Shown here: in pieces, positions 1 through 19,000 of the stretch
Layout: every line of letters begins with the position of its first letter
Position numbering within the stretch: position 1 is the first letter of the stretch
Assembly (NCBI GenBank): GCA_002104945.1
Contig: MCFH01000013.1
Location: 900,033-964,032 of the forward strand
DNA length: 64,000 bases
Reading direction: 5' to 3'
Source of the DNA: Piromyces finnis finn
Lineage: Eukaryota > Fungi > Neocallimastigomycota
The notes under the pieces: model-generated
Databases searched by the model: none
Told to the model about the DNA's origin: nothing
The model's input: the letters and a program-made list of their open reading frames with translations, nothing else
Translations under genes and position numbers: made by a program

Positions 1-222
1 TGTTTACTTGAAAAATTAAATAGTTAAGAAAATTAAATATTTTTTAAGATATTAATGTATATAAAATAATGAGAAAACTTTGTAAATTTAATTAATCATT
101 AGCTATTAATATATAAATCTATTAATATTATCATAAACAATATATTTATTATTATATACTCTTTTAAATTAAAAATAAATCAATATTAAGTAATAAAATT
201 ATGTTTTTAAAGATAATTATGT

Positions 223-6519
<6,297 letters not shown>

Positions 6520-7314
6520 TTTTTTTCAATTAATTTTAATTACCCACTAATTATAATACGATTTTGAAAAAAAATATATATATATATTTATTATTATGTT
6601 ATTATTTGTTTTTTTTTTTCTTCTTTTTCTTTTTTATTAAATGAGAAATATTTTAATTTAGTATTAAAAAGATGTAGAAAAAAAGTTTTAGAGTATTATT
6701 TATATAATGTGAATAAAAAATATACTTTAAAAATGTATAACAAAAATATTTTTATATGTTTTTTATTTTAAAAAAGAAAATTAAATTTAAAAGTGTGAAT
6801 AAATCCAATATAACAAAACATTAAAATAACTTTTTATAATACAATAAAGGCGTTAATCTTTATTTTTAATGTGTATTTTTTTTTTTACTTTCTAAGTTTC
6901 TAATAAATATATCTTAATATAAAAGATTATTTATCATAATAAAAATTTCTATTTTTTTCTAAAAAAAAAAAAAGTATTCTATTTTATATATTTTACTTTT
7001 AAAATTAGAAATAAATGAAATGTGAAAAAAATTGAATTGAGAAAAAAAAAAAAAAAAAAAAAAAAAAGATAATAATAGTGTTATTTTTTTTATATATAGA
7101 ATTGTAATATTATAAAATTATATACATAATTTTATATAATTTATATATATTACAATCTTTTTATATTTATATATGATATTTTTTTTTATTCATGATAAAA
7201 TGATATATTTTTGTTTTTTTCAAACCATTTCCACTTTATATATATATATATATTATAAGAAATATATTTTATTATTATTATAAAATATCTCAAATATTAA
7301 TAGCATATTCTTTT

Positions 7315-7317
<3 letters not shown>

Positions 7318-7346
<29 letters not shown>
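7318..7346. repeat. (GTT)n microsatellite immediately 3' of the transporter stop codon
   Basis: Direct reading of the sequence. Confidence 0.9.
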
Positions 7347-7347
<1 letters not shown>

Positions 7348-10300
7348 ATTTACCACGTTTAACAATAGCAAAACTGACTTTTTTGATTGGATCTATATTT
7401 TTAATTCTATATAATTTATTTAATTTTTTTTTAATCTTTTTAGAATCTAATGCTTGTTTAAATACGTTATCAATTTTTTCTAGTTCAACATTACTTGTAT
7501 CTTTCAAAATAAATGCCCCAAGTATACTGAAAATGATAATAAAGAAAATGACTATACCGTAGATGATTAATCTACCCTTGTAAATATATGGAATGCATAA
7601 AAATAGAATTAGATGACAACATTGTGACACTAAACAACCTACTGATGAACCAGCAACTCTTGCATGAGTTGGGAAAATCTCTGCTTGATAAATAACAGGA
7701 ATGATACTCCATGAACTATTAAAAAGAATAACTAATACTAAAGTAAAATAAACATAAAAGTTTTTTAATTTAATAACTGAAAAAGTAAGAACACAAAAAG
7801 TGGCAACCAAAATAACCAATCCTCCGTATAATACCACTTTTCTATTTCTACTACAAAGATAGACATTAACTGGTATAAAAAGTAAAAATTCAGTGGTATA
7901 CAAATAAAAAATGTGAAAATAATTATTCAATATCTGGTCACCCAATAAATTGAAATACGAAATAAAAATTATGAATTGTATGAACTGTTGAGTTAAATTC
8001 ATTAATATTATAATGATAAACCGAAGTTTTAAACCCCAATAGAATTGAAAGAAAGGTACTTTTCGATTACTTTCTATTTCATTATTAATATTAATTATTT
8101 TTTGACTTACAATTGGATCAAAATTAAATTCTTCGAATTGGTGATAGGCTAAACTATCCGATGAAGAAGTTTTCATTATTAATGTTTTATCAGAAGGATC
8201 TATCGTTGATATTATGATTTCTTCATTTTTATTTTCTTTATGATTTTTATCCATCTTATCATCACCACTATTATTTATTTTGTCATCTTTAATATTAGTA
8301 TATTTTGTAGGGTCATTACTGAGGGTTTTATTGTCTAATTTATCATCATTTCTTATATGAATTAAAGCTTCATTTTTATTAAAAATAACTTTCCTATTCA
8401 TTTCATTACTATTATATTTTTCTATTTCTTCTTCTTCATCATCATCTTTTATTCTAATAGATACTTTATTTTTAGTGGTATTTGATTTCATAATATTATT
8501 TATGGGTGATTCCACATTTTCAATATCTAATATGGTATCATCATTATTTAATTTTAAATTTTCTACTGGATAAATTTTATGGCTATGTTTAGCAATTTTT
8601 TGATCTTTCTTTACCGTTTCATATTTTTTTCTCTCTTTATCATGAGTAATTGATCGACCATCATTTTGATTAATAACAATAGTCAAGTCATCTATGTATA
8701 CATTTTTTTTATTAGTATTAGTTGTAGGTGTTGTCGTTGTTGTTGTTGTTGTTGTTGTTATTGTTGCTGCTGCTGGTGTACTCTTTATACTACTATTTAT
8801 TTTAGTTGGTTCAGTGTAGTAACGACGATGATTTTTACGATGATGAGGAGTATAAATTTCATTATTTATACTTAAAATATCGATAACAATGCTTGATGAG
8901 TTGTCATCCTTGGGTATTAAATTTTTTTTTGTTTTGGAGTAGACACGTTTGTTATTATTAATTTTTTTCATAATTTCAGAGTAACTATCATTATCTTTTG
9001 ATGTACGTTCATGTATTGTTGGTATTTCTGGATGAATAATTACTACAGAATTATTAGTATGTAATTTTGATTTTGTTTTTACCGTATTATTAAATTCTAA
9101 TTTAAAGGATGATGATAATTTTGAATGTGATTTATAGAAAACTGAGGAACTTTTATAGTAATCTGGATTAAATATGATATCAAGACTATCATCATTTTTA
9201 TACTTTACAAGTTTATCATGAATATATGGATCCATTGATCTTCCTTTTCTATGTCTTTTCATTCTCCTTTCCTTTTCTTTTTCCACTTCCATTTGTTTTT
9301 TATGTTCCGACTCTTTTTCCATTTCCATTTCCATTGATTTTTTATGTTCCGATTTTTTTTTATTCTTTTCCATTTCCATTTGTTTTCTATGTTCCGATTC
9401 TTTTTCCATTTCTATTTTCATTTGTCTTTTATGCTCCAATTCTTTTTTATTATTATTATTTTCTATTTCCATTTTCTTTTTTTGTTCGAGTGTTTCTCTC
9501 TTACTTTTTATTTCATCCTCTTTTCTTTTATCATTATCTTTTAATTCCATTTTCTGATTTTCATTTTTTATTTTTATTATAATATTCTCTTTTTTTTCTT
9601 TTCTTTTTCTTTTAATTCTTCCTCCTCTCTTTTTAACTGATCCTTCTTCATTTTTTTAATATCATTTTCTTTTTTCTTTTTTTCTTTTTCTCTTTTCTCT
9701 ACTTCTGCTTTTTTTATTTCCTCTTTACTTTTTTCCATATTTTCAATAAAATTATCTATTTGATCTTCCTCATCAATCGCACTATAATATCTTTTTTGAG
9801 GTGAGATTAAAGTATTTGATGAAAAGTTATCTTTTTTTTTATTTTTATTTTTAAAATCTTCATTGGTGTAAATTGAACTGTTATAAAATTCTAATTGATT
9901 CACCAATTTTTCCTCCTCCTCCTCGGTTATTGGAACAATTTTACTACTTTTTGGAAAATTTTTTATACTCCATCTAGCTATTTTTTTATGATACCGATGA
10001 ATTTTTTGAAAGAATGACGGTGGTAAATCTTCATCTGAAATTGTGACTAATTTTTTAGGGGTATATAGACGATAGAGCGTCTTGAAAGCTTTATTATAAT
10101 GTTTAGAATAAAAGAGATAGCGTGGTGAATTTGGAATAAAAAAAAAGATGAGTAATAAAAAAATAATGCATGGAAAAACCTTGATTACTTTTAAAATATT
10201 ACTGGAATAGTTGGAAGGCTTGTATGGAAATGAAAAAGTTTCAGATTGAAATGTTCTTGGGTTATGATCCCTATCCCATTGACTTCTCATGTCTTCTTCA

Positions 10301-10857
10301 CTCATTACATATTTTTGATTATCATGATGTATTAGAAACATTATAATACCCAAAGCCAATACTCTTCCAAAATATTTCATTGTCTGAAATGCAGATATAA
10401 TCATACCTCTTTTTGATTTTGTTGCTAATTCTGCAAGATAGATAGGAGTAATGATTCGAAGGAAAGCTGTTCCTATACCTCCAAGACAATTTATAGAATA
10501 ATGGAAATATTTATTAGTAGAAATATTAAAAAGTTGTAAGAAACATGATAATGTAATAAATAAAGATCCAATAATTAAATGTATTTTTCTACTAATGAAA
10601 TTTCCTAATAACCAACATATTATCATTCCACCTATTCCACCATAAATATTGAATAAAATACTAGAATAAGGATCCCATCCATTCTTATATCTTACCGATC
10701 CACGTATGGTTTTATAGAGTATTAATGAGTAATCAACCGAAAAAAAAGTATGAAATGTTTTTGTATATAATATAAAATTTGTAATGGTATCATAAAAAAA
10801 AATAACACATCCACTAAATGACACTGATAAGGTTACAATGACTATATATAAATTCAT
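7346..10857 (-). CDS. Sugar-porter family MFS protein (12 TM) with a ~700-aa central cytoplasmic loop; intronless; one frameshift at an A8 run (9590-9597)
   Basis: N-half has FFYDT (TM1), PIYLAELATKSKRG (loop after TM4) and PNSPRYL (after TM6). C-half has QQF (TM7), YQAEIFPTHAR and KDTSNVELEKID (PETKG-like). ORFs 9577-10857 and 7346-9550 join in frame if one A is added to the A8 run (..KKKK-ENIIIKIKNENQK-MELK..), giving ~1,170 aa. Confidence 0.85.
9275..9445 (-). repeat. Four 14-15-aa charged repeats (K-E-S-E-H-K/R-K-Q-M-E-x-E) in the transporter loop
   Basis: KELEHKRQMKIEME / KESEHRKQMEMEKNK / KKSEHKKSMEMEME / KESEHKKQMEVEKE in ORF 7346-9550. Confidence 0.85.
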
Positions 10858-11136
10858 TTTATATGTTTTTACTTTTTTACTATAATTTTACTTTTTAAAT
10901 ATATTGATATTGTTATTGTTACTATGTATAATAATAATTCCTCTTTAAAAATTTTTCTTTTATTACACAAAAAATAATTACAATTTATTAGTGATCATCA
11001 AAGATAGATTTAATATTCAAAAAAAAAAAAAGTTAAAACTTTATATTCTTTGAAAAAAAAAAAAAAAAATCACACATTATTTTTCATTAAAATCATAATA
11101 TAAAAATCAATGGTATTTTTATGTTTTTATTATTAT

Positions 11137-11137
<1 letters not shown>

Positions 11138-11172
<35 letters not shown>
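11138..11172. repeat. (AGT)n microsatellite upstream of the transporter
   Basis: Direct reading of the sequence. Confidence 0.9.
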
Positions 11173-12768
11173 GTATAGTAGTAATGCATGGTATTTTAAA
11201 ATGAATAATAGTATTTAGTATTTTCATTCTTTTATATAATTATAATATATTTAAGCTTTATAGTTCATGTAAAATTAGAAATCAATTTATATTTTTAATT
11301 AATTTTTTTTCTAAAAAAACTAAACTTTAAATTATTTATAAATAAATCTTTGAAAAAGTTAAAAGTTTATATAATAAATAAAATAGTTATATTTAATTAT
11401 TATTATTTTTTTCTTTTTTGCTTTTTTGTAATCTAACGACATTTTAGGATAAAGTCATAGTAGTTTGAAATATTATAAAAAAAAAATAAAGTAATTGTCT
11501 ATTAAATTTGTATATAGAAAATCGTTAGTGGCAATGGATATATAATTTTAATCGTAATATTAATAATTTTATATATTAAAAGAGGTGTGATAATCATCAC
11601 TACAAAACTTTTTTTTTATGTAATATTTAATAATTTTTTTTTATAAATGTTCTTTTATTGACTGTTCAAAACTTTTAAATTAATATGTTAATTAGTAAAA
11701 CGATGAAAAAACAGACACACAAAAACCATGACTTTTTTTATTAGTTAACAAAGGTTTGCAACTTTAAAAAAAATGCCATAAATTTTATTTTATAATTAAA
11801 TTAGAGATGATGCTCTCTAACCTTATAATATATATTATTTAATCTACCGAATTTTTAAAAATTTAAAAAAAAAATAAAGGTGTGTGTGTGTGAGTGGTGT
11901 ATAGAAAGGTAAATAATGATCACCAACAACAATAATAATATTTTTTAAAATTAAAAAAAGTGTATCTTTTTATATTTTAAAGGTATTATAAACAACTATT
12001 ATTATATATTGAACAGAATTAACGATCATGATCTGTTATTATTATTATATAGTTTTATTAGTTAGACTGTTATTCCATACCCTCCTAACGATTATTGTTA
12101 GGATTGTCACACTTTTAATTATTTTATATAGGAAACAAAAAGGAATATTTCTTGTAACTTTTTAAATGAATTTTTATTATTGCATATTTAATTCTAGTTA
12201 TAAACACCATATTATATATATGCAATAATCTTAGGAAAAATAGTAAACTAACAGAAAGTGTAACAAAATAATGGTGTAGTTCAAGTATTATTAGGATAAA
12301 TCAATAAGATAGTAAAAAGCGTTAATTGAAGTTCAGTAGTTTAGAATTTAATATACTATTGAATAAACAAATTTGTGAATCTCATGAAATAATCTTATGA
12401 CAATAGTATGTCAAAAAAACTTTTCTTAACCAACCTACCACAGTAAGAATTCAATAATTATAACCAACACAATTCTATAGGATAATTGGGAATTGTCCAT
12501 TCACCTCTTAATCCTTTAAAAATTTTTTAAAAATAAAAGGTTAGATTATACCAAACATTTATTTTGATAAGCATTTTTGTGTAACCTTTTTAATTAATTA
12601 ATTAATTATAAACATTTATTCTTATCTAAAATGTTATTGATAATAAATAAAATATCAATTGATAAATTAAATTGTTTTATCTTTTAAAATAAATTATCAG
12701 GAAAATATGAATAAAAATTTATTAATAAAAAAAACTCATAATAATAAATGAATGAATAAAGTTGTGTA

Positions 12769-12771
<3 letters not shown>

Positions 12772-12855
<84 letters not shown>

Positions 12856-12860
12856 ATAGA

Positions 12861-12893
<33 letters not shown>

Positions 12894-12976
12894 AATTAAA
12901 TGAATAAACCTATAAATAAATAAATAAATAAATAAATAGATAAATAAATAAATAATTAATTAAATGAATAAACCTA

Positions 12977-13015
<39 letters not shown>

Positions 13016-13232
13016 ATAGATAAATAAATAAATAAATAATTAATTAATTAATTAAATGAATAAACCTATAAATAAATAAATAATTAATTAATTAAATGAA
13101 TAAACCTATAAATAAATAAATAAATAGATAAATAAATAAATAAATAATTAATTAATTAAATGAATAAACCTATAAATAAATAAATAAATAATTAATTAAT
13201 TAAATTAATAAACCTATAAATAAATAAATAAA
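12772..13232. repeat. (TAAA)n compound satellite with a higher-order unit anchored by TAAATGAATAAACCTATAAA
   Basis: Anchor recurs at ~12897, 12961, 13053, 13093, 13157 and, as a variant, 13201, separated by variable TAAA/TAAT runs. Confidence 0.93.
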
Positions 13233-14068
13233 TGTATAAATAAATGAAGAAATCAATTAATAATTAGATAATTAAATGTGATTGTAATGGTATTAACAAT
13301 TTATACAACTTTTGAATATATTTAAAGTATTAGCTAGCTTTATGTAGTAGCTATCATCACTTTATTACTTTTTATACATACAATTATTATTCATTACAAT
13401 ATATTACATTCTATTATTGAGAAATGTATATTTTATTTATACATTAACTTTGCATACATTTGTACTATTGTATCGTACAAATTAAAACCTATTACATACA
13501 CATTACAGAATGCGAGTAATATACAATAAAAATCATCACTTACACCATAAATTGTGGTATTGGTGATTTTAAAGACTGCATCGTTTTCAGGTTTAAAGAA
13601 AGTAGTTTTTTATCTTTTTTTATTTATTATCAACAATTCAATTAAATTTTATCAAAAATTATTAATTTAAATAATTATATATATAAAAGTATAATGAGAA
13701 TAAATGGAAAGTAATTTAAATGTTGAAAAAGGTATTTAAATAAGATTAATATTTATATATGACAATATATAAATTAATTTATTTTTTAATTTTTTTATCA
13801 AAATTTTTAAAATTTTTAAAAATTAAAAATTTTAAAATTATCTTTAAATTTTATGATAAAAATTGTTCTTTTTAGTTGATAATCATATTTCTTATCTCTT
13901 CTTCAGTATTATTAGATGAAAGGTACAGAGTAAATCAAAAGAATCACTATTATTGTATATTCGATGAATTTATAGATCATTTTATATTATATTAATTATT
14001 AGAATGCTGGTAGGTTTTAAGTTTTTTTTTTTTTTAATTCTTTTAACTATAATTTATTGAATACTTTT

Positions 14069-14100
14069 GGTGGTGGTGGTGGTGGTGGTGGTGGTGGTGG
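14069..14100 (+). repeat. (GGT)10 microsatellite
   Basis: G-rich run in otherwise very AT-rich intergenic DNA. Confidence 0.95.
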
Positions 14101-14396
14101 AGGAATTTATTTACAACCCAACATTTTACTTTTCATTTTCTATTATTAGGATTGTTAAAAGGGGTGGAGTTCTTACTAAAATAGGAAATATGATAAATTT
14201 TAATTATTATTAATTTTGTAAACAAAATCTTATTTTTAATTATTCCAAGCATTTCATTCGTTGATAAGTTTAATTTAAATATAAATATTATCATATATTA
14301 TTCTATATATTACTTTACATTAAAATATATTGCAATAAATTTAACGTGGAGTATTTTTAAAATTTTGAATGTAATCAACACACCAAAAGTGTGGAG
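14097..14396 (+). promoter_or_regulatory. Cluster of four GTGGAG (SYGGRG, CreA/Mig1-type) motifs in the divergent transporter/GLT1 intergenic region
   Basis: GTGGAG at 14097, 14164, 14346 and 14391, all on one strand. Function is inferred from the consensus only. Confidence 0.35.
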
Positions 14397-16053
14397 TAAA
14401 AAAGTAAAAACAAAGAAAAGTGGTGGTGTGTATAGGAAAAAGAAGAAGGAAACTTTTTTAATAATGTTTTATAGTAATGGTAATTTTGCAAGGTATGTCA
14501 TGTCATGTCAATAGAATTTAATAAATTGAATTAATTATTGTTTGTATTTTTTAAAAGAGAAACGTTTGGTAAAAAAAGGGTTATTAGTAAAAGGCATAAG
14601 AATTAAACGTTAAAAGGTGTAAAATAACACCATTAAATATAATTGAATAATAAAAAATTAAAAGACTATCAATTTAGTTATAGGATGATTATTAAACTTT
14701 TATTTTTTACTAGGTGAAAGACTTGAACGAAAGTCTTTTTTTTTTTTATCATAAATTTATGTGTAACATAAATGAATATATAAAAAAAGGCGTTTTTAAA
14801 GTTTTAGTGGGTTGATATAGAATCATAAAAATGTGGTGAGATCAATTTTTTTTTTTTATTCTTGTCATTAATAGATGATGATCGTATTTTAGGTTGCTGC
14901 TGCTGATGGAGGTTGTTAATTGTTGGGTGGTGGTTGGTGTGTGCCTGCTTTTTAATATTCTTTTTATATATTATTATTATATATTAGAGTTTTAAATTTC
15001 TCTATTCTATTGTATACATATCCATATATTATTTCATGATGATCTAATATATTTGTATTATGAAAATTCTATATACAATTGTATTTTTATCTGTTTTTAT
15101 TATAATAGGTTAATATATACAATATAATAAAAAATAATTAATTTATTAAATAAAAAAATCAATATTATCAATTGTCAGAATAATATTAAAATTTTCTATT
15201 TAAAGTCAAAAATGCCCTCTAATTTTTTGTTTTTCTTTTTACTTTTAAACTTTGATTTGTAATTATAATATAATAATATTTTAAATATTATTTATATTTG
15301 GAAATAAAAAGGTAAAAGAAAGACTATTTTTTTTTAAAGTGATACCGAATTTATTTTATTTAAATAGTTATTATTATTTTATTATTTGAAATCAATATTT
15401 ATAATAACCTATTATTATGAATTGTAATTATTAATATATTAGTTGTTGTAAAAACAATTTAAGAAACAAATTACTTGATATTTTTTATAAAAAGGTATTT
15501 ATTATTATTATTATATATATATGTATATTTTAAATAGTAAAATAAAAATTTTGTATATAAAATAAATGTCATAATGAAAATAAAATTAATATTTAATATG
15601 AAAATAATATATCCAAGATTGATACTAACATAAAAAAAAATTGTGTATATAAATAATATCCTATTTTATATATAACAGTTTTTAAATATTTTTTATTTTT
15701 TAAAATAGTGTGTGTGAAATATTTAAAACTAATAAAAATATAAAGTTACCTTTTTTTAAAAGGTCAGTGAATATGATAACATTTAAAAAATAATTGAAAT
15801 AATACTAATATTAATATTATTAAATAAAAAATATAATTGCTAATATATATATAAATAAAAAACTAAATAAATAATTAATATAAAATTTATATGTATTTAT
15901 ATATTATAATATATTTGTATAGAAAAAATTAATATTTTATATAAAATTATATCAAAGTACATATAATATTTTGGGTATAAAATAAAACATATCTATTTTT
16001 ATTGGAATACAATTTTAGAATAATTTATTATTTAATAAAATAGAAATAAAAAA

Positions 16054-19000
16054 ATGATGGAATATAAGGAAGAAGGTTTTCAATCATGGGCTAATGCTTT
16101 ACCAGAAAAGCAAGGTCTTTATGATCCAGAAAATGAAAAGGATTCTTGTGGTGTCGGTTTTGTTGTTAGTATTAAGGGAGAACGTTCTAACGATATTTTA
16201 GTTAAAGGTAAACCTTTACTTGTAAACATGACTCATAGAGGTGCTGTATCAGCTGATCCAAGAGATGGTGATGGTGCTGGTGTTATGACCGGTATTCCAT
16301 ATGAATTCTTTGCTGATGATATTAAAGAAAAATTCAAACTCGAATTACCACCACCAGGTCAATATGCTTGTGGTAACATTTTCTTCAACCCAGAACAAAA
16401 GGCTCTTCAAGAAAGTAAGGAAGCCTTTGAAGGTTTTGCTAGTGATCTTGGTTTAATTGTTCTTTGCTGGCGTGTTGTTCCAACAGATAATTCAATGCTT
16501 GGTCCATCTACTCTTTCAAAGGAACCAGCTATTCTTCAACCATTTGTTACTCTTGCTTCTACTTCTGATGAAGCTTCTGAATTCGATATGGCCCACTTTG
16601 AAAAGCAATTATACTTTTTAAGAAAACAAACTACTCATGCTCTTTCTATTAAGAATTGGTTCTACATTTGTTCTCTTTCCAACAAAACTATTGTTTACAA
16701 GGGTTTATTCACCCCAGTTCAAGTATACAATTATTACCGTGATTTAAATGCTCCAAATTACCTTACTCATTTTGCCCTTGTTCACTCTCGTTTCTCAACT
16801 AACACCTTCCCAAGTTGGGATAGAGCTCAACCAATGAGATGGTGTGCTCACAATGGTGAAATTAATACTTTACGTGGTAATAAGAATTGGATGCGTGCTC
16901 GTGAAGGTGTCATGAAATCTGCTACATTCGGTAAGAAAATTGAAGATATTTATCCAATTATTGAAGTTGGTGGTTCCGATTCTGCTGCTTTCGATAATGT
17001 TTTAGAATTATTGGTTATTAATGGTGCATTAACTATGCCAGAAGCTATTATGCTTATGATTCCAGAAGCTATTTCTTCTGATATTGAAATGGAACCATAC
17101 AAGCGTAACTTCTATCGCTGGGCTTCTTGTCTTATGGAACCATGGGATGGTCCAGCTTTATTTACTTTCTCTGATGGTCGTTACGTTGGTGCTAACTTAG
17201 ATCGTAATGGTTTACGTCCATGCCGTTACTACATTACCAAGGACGACATTATGATTTGTGGTAGTGAAGTCGGTGCTATCACTACTGAACCAGAAGAAAT
17301 TTCTTCAAAGGGAAGATTAATGCCAGGAAGAATGCTTTTAGTTGATACTAAGGAAGGTAAGATTATCGATGATCGTGAATTAAAGAAGAGCATCTGTAAT
17401 AAACATGATTTCGGAACATGGATTGAAAACAATATGATTAAACTTGAAAGTGTTGTCAAGTATGCCAAGGATAACCACTACTTCAAATCCAACATCTTAG
17501 ATAAAACTACTTTTGCTCAAGACCCAAGAGCTATTGCTTTTGGTTACACTCATGAACAAGTTAATATGCTTTTCACTCCAATCTTTAATGAAGGTAAGGA
17601 AGCTCTCGGAAGTATGGGTAACGATCAACCTTTAGCTTGTCTTTCCCTTCAACCACGTCTTCCATACGATTACTTTAGAGAACTCTTTGCTCAAGTTACT
17701 AACCCACCAATTGATCCAATTCGTGAAGAAATTATTATGTCTTTAGATTGTGCTGTTGGTCCAGAAGGTAACATCTTAGAAGTCACTGAAGATCAATGTC
17801 AAAGACTTTTCCTTCCATCTCCATTTATTTCTATCGATGAACTTTCTGCTATCAAGGATATGGATAGAATGAACCCAACTTGGAGAGTTAAAACTATTGA
17901 TATTACCTATCCAAAGGAAGAAGGTATTAAGGGTTACATTGCTACATTAGATCGTATTTGTGACGAAGTTACTCAAGCTATTAACGATGGTTATAAGATT
18001 GCTGTTCTTTCTGATAGAAACACTTCTAAGAAGAGAATTGCTATTTCTACTTTAATCGCTGTTGGTGGTGTTCATCATCATCTTGTTCGTCAAAAGTTAC
18101 GTTCTCGTATTGCTTTAATTGCTGAAACTGCTGAAGCTCGTGAAGTTCACCACTTCTGTGTTTTAGTTGGTTATGGTGCTGATGGTATTTGTCCATATCT
18201 TGCTCTTGAAATTATGTTCAAGTTACACCGTGAAGGTTTAGTTAACGAAGGTGTCACTTGTGAAAAGATTGTTGAAAATTACCGTGATGCTGTTAATCAT
18301 GGTATTTTAAAGGTTATGTCTAAGATGGGTATTTCCACATTACAATCTTACAAGGGTGCTCAAATTTTCGAAGCTCTTGGTGTTGATTCATCTGTCGTTG
18401 ACCGTTGTTTCGTTGGTACCGCTTCCCGTATCAAGGGTATTAACTTTGAAATTTTAGCTCTTGATGCTATCTATCTTCACGATAGAGCTTGGCCAACTCG
18501 TACTACTGCCAAGTTAAGAACTCTTCCAGAATCTGGTGATTATCACTGGAGACACGGTGGTGAGAACCGTATTAATACTCCAAAGGCAGTTGCTGAACTC
18601 CAAGATGCTGTTCGTAACAAGAATTCAGATGCTTACAAGCGTTACTCTGAAACCTCCCAGGAAGCCATCAAGAATTGTACTTTACGTGGTCTCTTAGAAT
18701 TCAAAAAGAACACCAATTCTATTCCAATTGAATTCGTTGAACCATGGACTAGTATTGTTAAGAGATTCTGTACTGGTGCCATGTCTTATGGTTCTATTTC
18801 ATATGAAGCTCACACTACCTTAGCTCTTGCTATGAACCGTTTAGGTGGTAAGAGTAACACTGGTGAAGGTGGTGAAGATCCAGAACGTTTCAAGAAGCTT
18901 GAAAATGGTGACTCTTTACGCTCTGCCATTAAGCAAGTTGCTTCTGGTCGTTTCGGTGTTACCAGTCACTATCTTTCTGAATCTCAAGAACTTCAAATTA

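Noticed and set aside
12050-12520. Slightly GC-richer intergenic patch with a small hairpin (TCCTAAC..GTTAGGA)
   Set aside because: No open frame, terminal repeats or recognisable transposon motif; not supportable as a pseudogene or mobile element.
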